DNA of 64,000 nt, taken from the sequence record SRR22947727_2831. One strand, 5' to 3'. The translations under genes were made by a program, and so were the position numbers. Shown in pieces: positions 40,764 through 50,486 of this stretch. The notes beneath the pieces were generated by a model that saw only the letters and a list, made by a program, of their open reading frames with translations, made no database searches and was not told the DNA's origin. The stretch's first letter is position 1, and each line of letters opens with the position of its first letter.

Positions 40764-41539
40764 GACTTCTCGCCGCAGAGTTCCGGAAACTGTCGTACCA
40801 GCGGGCCATGTGGGGTTTACTCACCGCCGCAGTCCTGTTTTCCGCCTTGGGGACAGCCGCCACCCCGGTCATCTTTGATCAGAGCTCGGACGGTTTGGGC
40901 TTTGGAACACTCGAAGACCAAGTGGTCGTTGACTCCGTGTATGCAAACGCCATCTCGGGATACATCTTCGCCGTGCTGGTGGGTGTGCTCATTGTGGCTG
41001 GCGAATTTCGACACGGAACTGCTGTGGCGACGTATGTCGCGGCGCCGCGTCGAGGACAGGTGTTCCTCGCCAAACTCATCGCCTCGCTCGTAGCGGGTGT
41101 GGTCTTGATGATTGTGTCCACCGCGGGCGGAATTGCCGGGGGCATGATTGCGCTCGAGTTTTATCCCGAGGCGGCTGATCCCAGCGTTGACATCTTTGTG
41201 AACACGTCCCTGGCTGCCATCGTTTCTGGTGCTGTCCTGGGGGTGCTGGGTGCCTCCATTGCGGCCCTCATTCGCTCCCAAATAATTTCCCTCATCGGGG
41301 TGTTGATCTGGTTGTTCGCCATCGAACCGATCCTGTTGCTGCTCTTCCCTGACCAGGGAAAGTTCTTCCTCCAAGGTCTCATCACCGCCATCATGGCGCT
41401 CGATGTCGAATCAGAACAGTTCAATCTCAACACCGCTGACTTTGCTGATCCCCTCACCGCGACACTTCTGCTCTTGGGCTATGCGGCGGTCTTCGCGATT
41501 CTCTCCATGACTGTGAGTATCCGACGCGACGTGGAATAA
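40760..41539 (+). CDS. ABC-2 type permease
   Basis: AEFRK, GEFRHGT....PRR...AK, C-terminal RRDV; 6 TM. Confidence 0.88.
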   Translation: MRLLAAEFRKLSYQRAMWGLLTAAVLFSALGTAATPVIFDQSSDGLGFGTLEDQVVVDSVYANAISGYIFAVLVGVLIVAGEFRHGTAVATYVAAPRRGQVFLAKLIASLVAGVVLMIVSTAGGIAGGMIALEFYPEAADPSVDIFVNTSLAAIVSGAVLGVLGASIAALIRSQIISLIGVLIWLFAIEPILLLLFPDQGKFFLQGLITAIMALDVESEQFNLNTADFADPLTATLLLLGYAAVFAILSMTVSIRRDVE

Positions 41540-41548
41540 CCTTGTTAT

Positions 41549-41830
41549 ATGAATTCCTCAGCTGACGACGAACTCCGTTCCCTTGCGGAAAGAAACCTGA
41601 AGAAGAAAGCTGACTTCAAGAGCTTCCTCGTTGTGTGGTTGTTCGTCAGCGCAGTGGTGACCGTGATTTGGTTCTTCGCCACACCGGGCATTCTGTTCTG
41701 GCCGGGATTCGTTATCGGCGGCATGGGTATCGGAGCCCTCGTGTCCTGGTGGGATGCCTACGGCCCGAACACCGGAATCACAGAGGCAGACATCGATGCC
41801 GAAGTCGAGCGGATGAAGAAAAAGCCCTAA
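41549..41830 (+). CDS. 2TM domain protein
   Basis: Two TM with FWP..G.GIG, ITEADIDAEVERM. Confidence 0.75.
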   Translation: MNSSADDELRSLAERNLKKKADFKSFLVVWLFVSAVVTVIWFFATPGILFWPGFVIGGMGIGALVSWWDAYGPNTGITEADIDAEVERMKKKP

Positions 41831-43044
41831 GGGGTTCCCAAGACAGTGCGCAGAGTCAATACTCTGCGCAGAGATTCTGCCACTTGCTCCTCAGACACAC
41901 GTCCGTCGACCACCGCTTGCTCCATGTCATCGAGCATCAGAGTGTAGGTCTCGTAGGTGGGGTCATTGGCGGGGTCCACGGCCAACATGATGAGGTCGTG
42001 GCCGGACACCAGTGCTGCCACTGCGAGAGTCGCGGGGTCCCGGTACTGCTCCTCCCCAGAGTTTCGGAGCATGCGCAAATCATCCGTGATGATGACGCCC
42101 TCAAACCCCAGGTCCTCACGCAGGATGCGCACCCAATCGTCGGAGAGGGTGGCGGGGTCCTGACTCACCGAGGGAACTCGAATGTGTCCGGTCATCACCA
42201 GTTCTGCTCCAGCAGCGATTCCCGCCTCGAAGGGCAGGGCATGAGTGGTTCTCCATTGCTCCCAGGAGATGTCGGAGCTTGGCACTACCCGGTGGGAGTC
42301 GGCAAACACAAGACCGTGTCCGGGGAAGTGCTTCAGTGTTTGGGCGACCTCGGGGACTTCAGCACTCGCCGCCACGGCTACGTGTTCAGAGGCCACCGCA
42401 GGGTCTGTCGAGAACGAGCGGGAGTGGATGTACGCACCAGAGCCCAGGCTCACATCGGCGACCACCCCGAAGTTCACGTTGGCTCCCGCACGATCGACGA
42501 GTTGCTGGCGAGCGAGGAACGCTTCTGCGGTGGCAGAGGTATCACCGGCACCGAGCACTCTGGCTCCCGGGAACTGATCTCCTGGAATCCGGGCGACCGG
42601 GTTCCCCTCCTGATCCACCGCGGTAATGAGTGGAAAGTCAGATCCCTCGTGCAGGGCGCTAATGAAATCTCTGATCGTGTAGACATCGCCTTGGAGATTT
42701 CCGGCTAGGAGGAGGAACCCTGCTGCCGGAACGTCCTCGAGAAACTCTTGATGAACTGCAGGGTCCATACCGGAAACGGTGACCACCATGAGCCCTGCAA
42801 GCTGGGTGCGAAGATCCATGCCCGCAATAGCTGCGTCAATACGCTCCTGAAGCGGATCTGCGGGCTCTGGCTCGGGTTCAGGAACGACCACGTCAGGTGA
42901 CGACTCTGGCTCGAGATCTAACACGACAACCTCGGGTTGCACCGGGGCAACAGGGGTGGGAAGCGTGCAGGCCGTGAGGGCGAGGGTGAACCCCAGTATC
43001 ACCGCGGAGAATCGTCGCAGCCGTGCCGAATTTAGCCTCACCAC
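41827..43044 (-). CDS. GH3 family glycoside hydrolase lipoprotein (NagZ-like)
   Basis: Lipobox LTAC; AVDQEG, RSF, LKHFPGHG...DSH, VMTGH, IITDDL.M. Confidence 0.88.
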   Translation of the reverse strand: MVRLNSARLRRFSAVILGFTLALTACTLPTPVAPVQPEVVVLDLEPESSPDVVVPEPEPEPADPLQERIDAAIAGMDLRTQLAGLMVVTVSGMDPAVHQEFLEDVPAAGFLLLAGNLQGDVYTIRDFISALHEGSDFPLITAVDQEGNPVARIPGDQFPGARVLGAGDTSATAEAFLARQQLVDRAGANVNFGVVADVSLGSGAYIHSRSFSTDPAVASEHVAVAASAEVPEVAQTLKHFPGHGLVFADSHRVVPSSDISWEQWRTTHALPFEAGIAAGAELVMTGHIRVPSVSQDPATLSDDWVRILREDLGFEGVIITDDLRMLRNSGEEQYRDPATLAVAALVSGHDLIMLAVDPANDPTYETYTLMLDDMEQAVVDGRVSEEQVAESLRRVLTLRTVLGTP

Positions 43045-43124
43045 AGAAGGCTACCGGCGCCCTCTGTGGCGGTGCTCCATGGTGCTTCAAAGTGGCAAGA
43101 AATCTGCCATGATGGTGCCACGAC

Positions 43125-43138
43125 TTTGTCAGAACAAA
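43125..43138. promoter_or_regulatory. Putative IolR (GntR) operator upstream of iolG
   Basis: TTTGT-CAGA-ACAAA palindrome, identical copy at 51767. Confidence 0.7.
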
Positions 43139-43155
43139 CATCCAGAGGAGACCTC

Positions 43156-44163
43156 ATGGCAGCGCCGCTTCGAGTGGGACTAATTGGCACCGGCCGTATC
43201 GGCCAGGTTCACGCCATGAGCGTGGTGAGCCATCCAGGAACAACGTTGCACCGCGTTGCTGACGTGTTCGCCGAGGGTGCGAAGAAGACCGCAGAGAGCT
43301 TCGGAGGAAGCGCCACCGACAACCCAGACGATCTCTTCTCCGCCGGCGATGTCGACATGCTCATCATCGCCTCGCCCACCTCCACCCACATCGACCTCAT
43401 CGAGAAAGCAATTGACGCAGGAATTCCAGCACTGTGTGAAAAGCCCATCGACCTCGACATTCAGCGCGTGGACACGCTGCGCGACAAGGCAAACTCCACC
43501 AGTGTCCCGATTGGCCTCGGCTTTAACCGTCGCTTCGACCCGCACTTCGCGGATCTCCGCGCCCGGGTGAAAGCCGGCCACATTGGAAACTTGGAGCAAC
43601 TGCTCATCACCAGTCGCGACCCCGCCCCTGCGCCGAACGACTACCTCGCTGTTTCCGGTGGAATCTTCCGGGATATGACCATCCACGACTTCGACATGGC
43701 TCGGTATTTTGTGCCGAACATTGTGTCCGTCAGCGCTCAAGGCTTCAACCAGTTCTCCGAGGACATCAAGGGCCTCGGAGACTACGACGCCACATCAGTA
43801 GCGCTCCGCGGTAGCAACGATGAATTGGTACTCATCAGTAACTCTCGCCACGCTGCCCACGGGTTTGATCAGCGTCTCGAAGCGTTTGGTTCTGAGGGAA
43901 TGCTGCGAGTGGAGAACCTCACCGATACCAACGTCACCCACTACACCTCGAGTCACGTGGAGGCGAAGGGCCCCTACCAAAACTTCTTCCTCGAGCGCTA
44001 CATGGATTCCTATCGCAACGAACTCGAGGAGTTCGTCAAGCGAATCCACGGCGAGGAGTCCGACACCCCCACTTTTGAGGATGGCCGTATGGCTCTGGTG
44101 TTGGCCAACGCCGCTGCCGAGTCTGCTGCCACCGGGGCAACAATCTCGGTCTCTGACAACTAG
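43156..44163 (+). CDS. iolG: Inositol 2-dehydrogenase
   Basis: GTGRIG, CEKPI, GFNRRFDP, SRDP, SGGIFRDMTIHDFD, FFLERY. Confidence 0.9.
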   Translation: MAAPLRVGLIGTGRIGQVHAMSVVSHPGTTLHRVADVFAEGAKKTAESFGGSATDNPDDLFSAGDVDMLIIASPTSTHIDLIEKAIDAGIPALCEKPIDLDIQRVDTLRDKANSTSVPIGLGFNRRFDPHFADLRARVKAGHIGNLEQLLITSRDPAPAPNDYLAVSGGIFRDMTIHDFDMARYFVPNIVSVSAQGFNQFSEDIKGLGDYDATSVALRGSNDELVLISNSRHAAHGFDQRLEAFGSEGMLRVENLTDTNVTHYTSSHVEAKGPYQNFFLERYMDSYRNELEEFVKRIHGEESDTPTFEDGRMALVLANAAAESAATGATISVSDN

Positions 44164-44168
44164 AAGAA

Positions 44169-44182
44169 TTTGTTAATACAAA
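44169..44182. promoter_or_regulatory. Putative IolR operator upstream of iolC
   Basis: TTTGT-TAAT-ACAAA in an AT-rich gap. Confidence 0.65.
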
Positions 44183-44214
44183 GTATGATGAGGACATCCC
44201 GATCAGCGAAGTGA

Positions 44215-45186
44215 ATGACGATGTCTAATCCCACGACTACCGAGTATCTCGACGTGCTCACGATGGGTCGTGTGGGCATCGATATTTACCCCCTGCAGAC
44301 GGGTGTGGGCCTCGAAGAGGTCACCAGTTTTGGAAAGTTCCTCGGCGGATCTCCCACCAATGTCGCTGTTGCGGCAGCCCGTTATGGTCGCTCCTCCGCG
44401 GTCATCACCCGAACCGGACCGGACCCTCTCGGGCGCTTTATTCGCACGGAACTTGAGCGACTCGGCGTCAGCGCCCGCTATGTCGAGGATGTTGAAGGGC
44501 TCAAGACTCCTCTGGTGCTGTGTGAGATTTTCCCGCCGGATAACTTCCCGTTGTATTTCTATCGCGACCCTGTCGCGCCCGATCTGATGATCGAGGCGAG
44601 CGAGCTCGACGAGCAGGCCATCCGGGATGCCTCTATTGTCTGGCTGACCGTCACCGGCCTCACGCGCGAGCCCAGCCGCGCTGCGCACCACCACGCCCTT
44701 CAGGTGCGCTCTCGTGCCGCTCACACCATTCTTGATCTGGACTACCGCGCTGAACTCTGGAGCTCCCCTGTGGAGGCGACCGCGGAAGTATCCAAGGCTC
44801 TCTCGGGTGTGACCGTGGCGATTGGCAACAAAGAAGAGTGTGAGATAGCGGTGGGAGAAACAGACCCAGACCGCGCCGCGGATGCTCTGTTGGAGCGCGG
44901 AGTAGAGATCGCGGTGGTGAAGCAGGGCCCCAAGGGTGTGATGGCAAAAACTGCCCGTGAGCGCGTCGAAGTGGCCCCCTTTGCTGTGGACGTCGTCAAT
45001 GGTTTGGGAGCGGGAGATGCTTTTGGTGGAGCGTTCTGCCACGGCCTCCTCGCTGGCTGGGACCTCGAGAAGATCCTTCAATTTGCCAACGCCGCCGGAG
45101 CCATCGTCGCCGGTCGCTTGGAATGCTCGACCGCTATGCCTTTTGAACAAGAAGTACACGACGCTGTGGAGGTAGGCCATGTCTGA
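44215..45186 (+). CDS. iolC: 5-dehydro-2-deoxygluconokinase (copy 1)
   Basis: GRVGIDIYP, FLGGSPTNVAVAAAR, FPPDNFPLYFYR, DLDYR, GLGAGDAFGG. Confidence 0.93.
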   Translation: MTMSNPTTTEYLDVLTMGRVGIDIYPLQTGVGLEEVTSFGKFLGGSPTNVAVAAARYGRSSAVITRTGPDPLGRFIRTELERLGVSARYVEDVEGLKTPLVLCEIFPPDNFPLYFYRDPVAPDLMIEASELDEQAIRDASIVWLTVTGLTREPSRAAHHHALQVRSRAAHTILDLDYRAELWSSPVEATAEVSKALSGVTVAIGNKEECEIAVGETDPDRAADALLERGVEIAVVKQGPKGVMAKTARERVEVAPFAVDVVNGLGAGDAFGGAFCHGLLAGWDLEKILQFANAAGAIVAGRLECSTAMPFEQEVHDAVEVGHV

Positions 45187-46060
45187 TCTTGATTTCCAGG
45201 CTCTGCGAGATGTGAGGGCTAGCAACCCCGGCGCGGTTGCGGCAGCGCTGAAGAACCGCCAGCGCCGAGAGCTCCTGGGCGCTGATGGGAAGCTCATGAT
45301 TGTGGCAGCTGACCACCCCGCTCGCGCAGCGCTGGGCATTGGCAGCGAAGCCATGGCGATGGCGAATCGCGAGGACTTGCTCGAGAGATTGGCCACAGCG
45401 CTCTCGAACCCCGGTGTTGACGGAGTGCTTGCCACCCCAGACATCATTGATGACCTCGCCCTGCTGGGCCTGCTCGATAACAAAATTGTGGTCGGCTCCA
45501 TGAACCGCGGGGGCCTGCGGGGTGCATCCTTCGAAATGGATGACCGGTTTGGGTCCTACTCGATCGAGTCGATAGGTGAAGCGGGACTTGATTTTGCCAA
45601 AACTCTGACCCGCATCAACTTCCAGGACGCCGGCACGGCAGAAACCTTGATGGCCACCGCCAACGCGGTCAACGACGCTGTTGCGGCGGGAATTCCGATC
45701 ATGCTCGAGCCCTTCATCAGTGAATGGGTCGACGGGTCCATCTCGAATGTGTTGACCCCTGAAGCCGTTATCCAGTCCATTGCGATTGTGAGCGCTCTTG
45801 GCGGCTCCAGTGCTTACACCTGGCTCAAGATCCCCTATGTGGCTGACATGGCCCGGGTCATGGAGTCCACCACACTTCCCACCCTGATTCTCGGGGGAGA
45901 TCGCGCAGGCGACATGGAAAGCCTCTACACAGAGTGGGCGAGTGCGCTCACCCTGCCCGGTGTTCGAGGTCTTGTCGTCGGTCGCAGCTTGCTCTACCCG
46001 GCATCCGGTAATACTGGGGATGCCATTGCACGCGCAGTAGAAATTGTTCACGGCGGATAA
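45179..46060 (+). CDS. Cgl0159-like TIM-barrel aldolase (copy 1)
   Basis: AADHPAR, GVDGVL, GSMNRGG, EMDDR, SAYTWLK.P, LILGG, GLVVGRSLLYP. Confidence 0.85.
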   Translation: MSDLDFQALRDVRASNPGAVAAALKNRQRRELLGADGKLMIVAADHPARAALGIGSEAMAMANREDLLERLATALSNPGVDGVLATPDIIDDLALLGLLDNKIVVGSMNRGGLRGASFEMDDRFGSYSIESIGEAGLDFAKTLTRINFQDAGTAETLMATANAVNDAVAAGIPIMLEPFISEWVDGSISNVLTPEAVIQSIAIVSALGGSSAYTWLKIPYVADMARVMESTTLPTLILGGDRAGDMESLYTEWASALTLPGVRGLVVGRSLLYPASGNTGDAIARAVEIVHGG

Positions 46061-46086
46061 CCGCACCAACTAGAGAGGACAGCTCA

Positions 46087-47580
46087 GTGAGCCAGCCCAT
46101 CATCAACCACTACGTCGGCGGAGCAGAGTTCGTCGGCGAATCCGATCGACTCGGCGAGGTTTTCGACCCCGCCCTCGGTGTTGCCACCAAGTCGGTGCGC
46201 CTGGCCACCACCGGTGACCTCGATGCCGCAGTGCAGGTTGCAAAGACCGCCTTTGCTAGCTGGTCAACCATGTCGATGACCAAGCGAGTCCAAATTGTCT
46301 TCAAGTTCCGCGAACTGCTGGAAGCCAAAAAGGGCGAACTAGCCGCCATCATCACTGAAGAGCACGGAAAGGTACTCTCCGATGCTCTCGGTGAGATCAC
46401 CCGTGGTCAAGAAGTGGTCGAGTTCGCCTGCGGACTCCCCCACCTCCTGAAAGGCGAGTTCTCCCTCAACGCCTCCACCGACGTAGACGTCTACTCCTTG
46501 AAGCAGCCCCTCGGTGTTGTGGGAATCATCAGCCCCTTCAACTTCCCTGCCATGGTGCCCATGTGGTTCTTCCCCGTCGCGATCGCTGCCGGGAACACCG
46601 TGATCCTGAAGCCCAGTGAGAAAGACCCCTCCGCATCTATGTGGATCGCAAACCTCTGGAAAGAGGCAGGTCTTCCCGATGGCGTCTTCAACGTCGTCCA
46701 CGGCGACAAGGTTTCCGTGGATGCACTGCTAGAGCACCCCGATGTCGAGTCCATTTCGTTCGTGGGCTCCACCCCGATTGCCCAGTACGTCTATGAGACC
46801 GGTGCTCGCAATGGCAAGCGCGTCCAGGCTCTCGGTGGCGCGAAGAACCACATGTTGGTTCTCCCCGACGCCGACCTCGACTTGGTGGCAGACTCCGCCG
46901 TCAACGCGGGCTTTGGTTCCGCAGGAGAGCGTTGCATGGCGATCTCCGTGGTCGTGGCTGTTGACCCGATTGGTGACGAACTGGTCGTCGCGGTCAAGGA
47001 GAAGATGTCCGCGATCAAGGTCGGCGATGGCCGTCGCTCGTGTGACATGGGACCGCTCGTGACCGAGGTTCACCGCGACAAGGTCGCCTCCTATATCGAG
47101 ATCGCCGAGAAGGATGGCGCCACCATCGTCGCTGATGGTCGCACCGTCCAGCCCGATGGCGAGGCCGCTGGTTTCTGGCTGGGGCCCACCCTGATCGATC
47201 ACGTCCCCACCACCTCCAAGGTGTATCAAGAGGAAATCTTCGGACCAGTCCTGTCGGTGGTACGCGTGAAGTCTTATGAAGAGGGCGTTGAGCTCATCAA
47301 CTCGGGAGCCTTCGGTAACGGAACGGCGATCTTCACCAACGATGGCGGTGCTGCCCGGAAGTTCGTCACGGACATCCAGGTGGGCATGGTCGGCGTGAAC
47401 GTCCCGATTCCTGTTCCGATGGCCTACTTTTCGTTTGGTGGATGGAAGCACTCACTCTTTGGAGACTCGAGGGCTCACGGTGAGGAAGGTTTCCGCTTCT
47501 TCACTCGCCAAAAGGTTGTCACCTCACGCTGGCTTGACCCCAGCCACGGCGGACTCAACCTCGGCTTCCCCCAGAACTAG
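46087..47580 (+). CDS. iolA: CoA-acylating (methyl)malonate-semialdehyde dehydrogenase
   Basis: PFNFPAMVP, KPSEKDP, FVGST, GGAKNH, GSAGERCMA, EEIFGPV. Confidence 0.95.
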   Translation: MSQPIINHYVGGAEFVGESDRLGEVFDPALGVATKSVRLATTGDLDAAVQVAKTAFASWSTMSMTKRVQIVFKFRELLEAKKGELAAIITEEHGKVLSDALGEITRGQEVVEFACGLPHLLKGEFSLNASTDVDVYSLKQPLGVVGIISPFNFPAMVPMWFFPVAIAAGNTVILKPSEKDPSASMWIANLWKEAGLPDGVFNVVHGDKVSVDALLEHPDVESISFVGSTPIAQYVYETGARNGKRVQALGGAKNHMLVLPDADLDLVADSAVNAGFGSAGERCMAISVVVAVDPIGDELVVAVKEKMSAIKVGDGRRSCDMGPLVTEVHRDKVASYIEIAEKDGATIVADGRTVQPDGEAAGFWLGPTLIDHVPTTSKVYQEEIFGPVLSVVRVKSYEEGVELINSGAFGNGTAIFTNDGGAARKFVTDIQVGMVGVNVPIPVPMAYFSFGGWKHSLFGDSRAHGEEGFRFFTRQKVVTSRWLDPSHGGLNLGFPQN

Positions 47581-47582
47581 GC

Positions 47583-48536
47583 ATGGCACGTGTCGCCCTC
47601 ACGGGCGGAACGGGCTTCCTCGGAAGCAACGTGGCAGAAGTCCTGACGGATGCTGGCCACGACGTGCTGGTGTTGACCAGGGCAACTCCATCCATGGAGG
47701 TGCCCTGGTCTTATGCCGTCGTCGACACCTCTGATAGAGCAGCTCTGGAACAGTTGCTGGCAGGCTGCGATGCCGTTATTCACGCGGCCATCGCCAACGC
47801 GTTTCATCTCTTAGATTCTCAGGCTGCCTATAGCGCGTATCCGGGGCTCACCCAGGCTGTTACCCACGCAGCCTTGACCGTAGGGGCGCAACCTATCTAC
47901 ATCTCGTCAGACTGGGTGATGGATGGGGCTACCCCGAAGGCTCCCGAGACTCACTGCGGTCGCCCCATCAACACCTATGGCTTCCTCAAAGCCCTCGGCG
48001 AGCAAGTCATCCGCGATCTTGCTCCGGAGAATGGAGTGATTGTCCGCATCGGTGGGGTGATGGGCAGCCATAGGTTCCTGGAAGATTTGCCACGAAACCA
48101 GGATGTCGGTTTTGGGTATTTCGTTTCAGCACTCGTCAAGACCCTGCGCGCCGGTCAGGAATTCATGGTGTTTGGCGGCGAGGGCGTCAACAAGGTGGCA
48201 ACACCGTCCCTGGCCTCTGAGATTGGCGCCACGATCCACCGCATCATCGACCGTGGTGCATCGGGGGTCTTCCACGCGGTGGCTGACGATGCCATTACCC
48301 GCGAAGGGTTGGCGTCACTGACGTGTGACGTATTTGACCTCGACTCCTCGCTTGTCACCTCGGGAGAACCTCCCGAGGCTGATCGCATGACGGAGCCAGT
48401 GCCCATCGACACCTCGTTGGATAACGCTCGAGTGAAATCAGAGCTCGGCGTAGGACCCATCAGCGTGCGCGACCTCGTGGAAGCCCTCGCGGCAGAAGCC
48501 GACGGAAAGCTACACCCGGTAACCCCCCTGCGCTAG
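47583..48536 (+). CDS. Extended SDR, RmlD-like NAD(P)-dependent oxidoreductase/epimerase
   Basis: TGGTGFLG, VIHAA, YISSDWV.DG, PINTYGFLK (YxxxK). Confidence 0.8.
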   Translation: MARVALTGGTGFLGSNVAEVLTDAGHDVLVLTRATPSMEVPWSYAVVDTSDRAALEQLLAGCDAVIHAAIANAFHLLDSQAAYSAYPGLTQAVTHAALTVGAQPIYISSDWVMDGATPKAPETHCGRPINTYGFLKALGEQVIRDLAPENGVIVRIGGVMGSHRFLEDLPRNQDVGFGYFVSALVKTLRAGQEFMVFGGEGVNKVATPSLASEIGATIHRIIDRGASGVFHAVADDAITREGLASLTCDVFDLDSSLVTSGEPPEADRMTEPVPIDTSLDNARVKSELGVGPISVRDLVEALAAEADGKLHPVTPLR

Positions 48537-48544
48537 CGGGGGGA
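48523..48544. terminator. GC hairpin between convergent genes
   Basis: CCCCCCTGCGCTAGCGGGGGG stem-loop overlapping the SDR stop; no U tract. Confidence 0.4.
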
Positions 48545-48559
48545 CAACCGGGTGTGTGC

Positions 48560-49348
48560 TTAGGAGTCTGCGCGAACCTGCTGGATTTCGCGGGTCAGAG
48601 CATCGAGCTCTGCACCACCAGCCATAGCCTTGGTCAACTCGTCGAGCTCCACCTTGGAGCGCTCGTACTCGTTGGCCAGTTGGCCACGGTTCAAGAGGTA
48701 GAAATAGTCACCGACCAGGTAGGCGTGGTGGGGGTTGTGGGTAATGAAGACCACCGAGACTCCACGATCCTTCGCAGCGAGGACATACTTCAGTACGATT
48801 CCGGACTGGCGAACACCCAGAGCCGAGGTGGGCTCATCGAGGATGAGCACCTTGGCCCCGAAGTAGACGGCACGGGCGATGGCGACCGCCTGGCGCTCCC
48901 CACCAGAGAGGGTTCCAATTTGCTGACCGGTGTCGCGAAGATCGATGCCCATCTCCAGCAGGTTCTGCTTGGTCAGGTCCTTCATCTTCTTGACGTCGAG
49001 GCGGCGGAAGGGACCCCATCCCTTGGTGATTTCGTTTCCGAGGAAAAAGTTCCTCCAGACCGACATCAGCGGAATAGTCGCAAGGTCCTGGTAGACCGTG
49101 GCGATACCGTTTGCCAGTGCGTCACGGGGTGAGTCAAAGGAGACTGGTTCTCCCTGCACCTCATAGACACCAGAGCTGGGCTTGTGCACTCCAGAGAGCG
49201 TCTTGATCAGCGTGGACTTTCCGGCACCGTTGTCACCCAGGATGCAGGTGACAGCGCCTTCTCGAACCTTGACCGAGACATTGGAGAGCGCGATAACGCT
49301 TCCAAAGGACTTACCTACGTCTTTTAGCTCCATAGCGATGGTGGTCAT
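48560..49348 (-). CDS. Sugar (probably inositol) ABC transporter ATP-binding protein
   Basis: GDNGAGKST, VYQDLA, LSGGERQ, ILDEPT, ITHN; ATGA overlap with the permease. Confidence 0.92.
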   Translation of the reverse strand: MTTIAMELKDVGKSFGSVIALSNVSVKVREGAVTCILGDNGAGKSTLIKTLSGVHKPSSGVYEVQGEPVSFDSPRDALANGIATVYQDLATIPLMSVWRNFFLGNEITKGWGPFRRLDVKKMKDLTKQNLLEMGIDLRDTGQQIGTLSGGERQAVAIARAVYFGAKVLILDEPTSALGVRQSGIVLKYVLAAKDRGVSVVFITHNPHHAYLVGDYFYLLNRGQLANEYERSKVELDELTKAMAGGAELDALTREIQQVRADS

Positions 49349-50385
49349 CGTTTGGCTCCCTTCGCTTTGTTGCCGATATAGGTGTTGACGAGCACTGCAG
49401 CGAGGAGGATGACACCGATGAACGTCCAGCGCCAGTCCTGATCCCACAGAGCATAAGGAATACCAATGTCAGCGATACCCATGATGGCGGCACCGATCGA
49501 GGCGCCAATGGCCGATCCTGCACCACCCATCAGGAGGGTTCCACCGACCGCGGCGGCGATGATGTAGAAGAACTCCATACCCACACCCTGACCAGCCTGC
49601 ATACCCTGCAGGCGAAGCACGAACATGACTCCCACAAACGCTGAGGCGAGCGAAGACATCATGAACAGGGTGATTTTGGTGCGGTTCACAGGCACACCCG
49701 CGTTGCGAGCTGCGTTCTTGTCACCACCGGAAGCGAAAATCCAGTTACCGAACTGAGTGCGACTGAGCAACCAGGTGGCAAAGATTGTGGCCAGGACCCA
49801 CCAGAGGATGGACACCTGGAAGTTCGAGGTTCCGATCATCGTCTTCGAGGCGAAGATCGCGTGGGCAGTGTCAAAGCCGGCGGTATCTTCCACGTTGGCC
49901 ACACGGACGGTTCCGGTGAGCTCTTTGGTGACCGCGAGGTTTGCACCGCGGAGAACAAAGAAGGTCGCAAGCGTGACGATGAAGGAGGGAAGACCCGTCT
50001 TCACCACGATGACGCCGTTGATGAATCCCACGAGTAACGCAAAGACGAACACAATGGCAATGGCCGCCCAGATGTTGAGTCCATACTCTGTGGCGAGCAG
50101 ACCGGCCATCAGACCCGACGTTCCCACCATGACACCGGTCGAGAGGTCGAACTCGCCTCCGATCATGAGGAGGGCCACAAAAACGGCGATGATGCCAATC
50201 GGTGCTGCAATATCGGTCCAGCCGGCGGTTCCGCCGACTCCCGCAAAGTTTCCTGTGGTGTCAACGCTCCAGAAGAGGAAGAAGATGACAGCCGCTCCGA
50301 TGAGAGCCCCGAGTTCGGGTCTTTGGAGCATTTTGGTCGCGAGCGATGTCTGCGCTACGCGTTCGTCTTTAGTTTGAGTCGCCAT
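49345..50385 (-). CDS. Sugar (probably inositol) ABC transporter permease
   Basis: GGEFDLS, GLPSFIVTL, FGNWIFASGG...AAR..GVPV, GGTLL.GG.GS. Confidence 0.92.
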   Translation of the reverse strand: MATQTKDERVAQTSLATKMLQRPELGALIGAAVIFFLFWSVDTTGNFAGVGGTAGWTDIAAPIGIIAVFVALLMIGGEFDLSTGVMVGTSGLMAGLLATEYGLNIWAAIAIVFVFALLVGFINGVIVVKTGLPSFIVTLATFFVLRGANLAVTKELTGTVRVANVEDTAGFDTAHAIFASKTMIGTSNFQVSILWWVLATIFATWLLSRTQFGNWIFASGGDKNAARNAGVPVNRTKITLFMMSSLASAFVGVMFVLRLQGMQAGQGVGMEFFYIIAAAVGGTLLMGGAGSAIGASIGAAIMGIADIGIPYALWDQDWRWTFIGVILLAAVLVNTYIGNKAKGAKR

Positions 50386-50427
50386 TGTCTCTGTTTCTCT
50401 AGGGGTAATTCGGGGGTGTAGTGCACT

Positions 50428-50468
50428 TGAGGGGGTTGTCTAAGGAAATACCTTAGTCAACCCCCTCA
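50428..50468 (-). terminator. Intercistronic stem-loop after the binding-protein gene
   Basis: TGAGGGGGTTG-T-CTAAGG AAATA CCTTAG-T-CAACCCCCTCA, about 17 bp stem. Confidence 0.7.
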
Positions 50469-50486
50469 GCGCATAGACGGTGTTAC

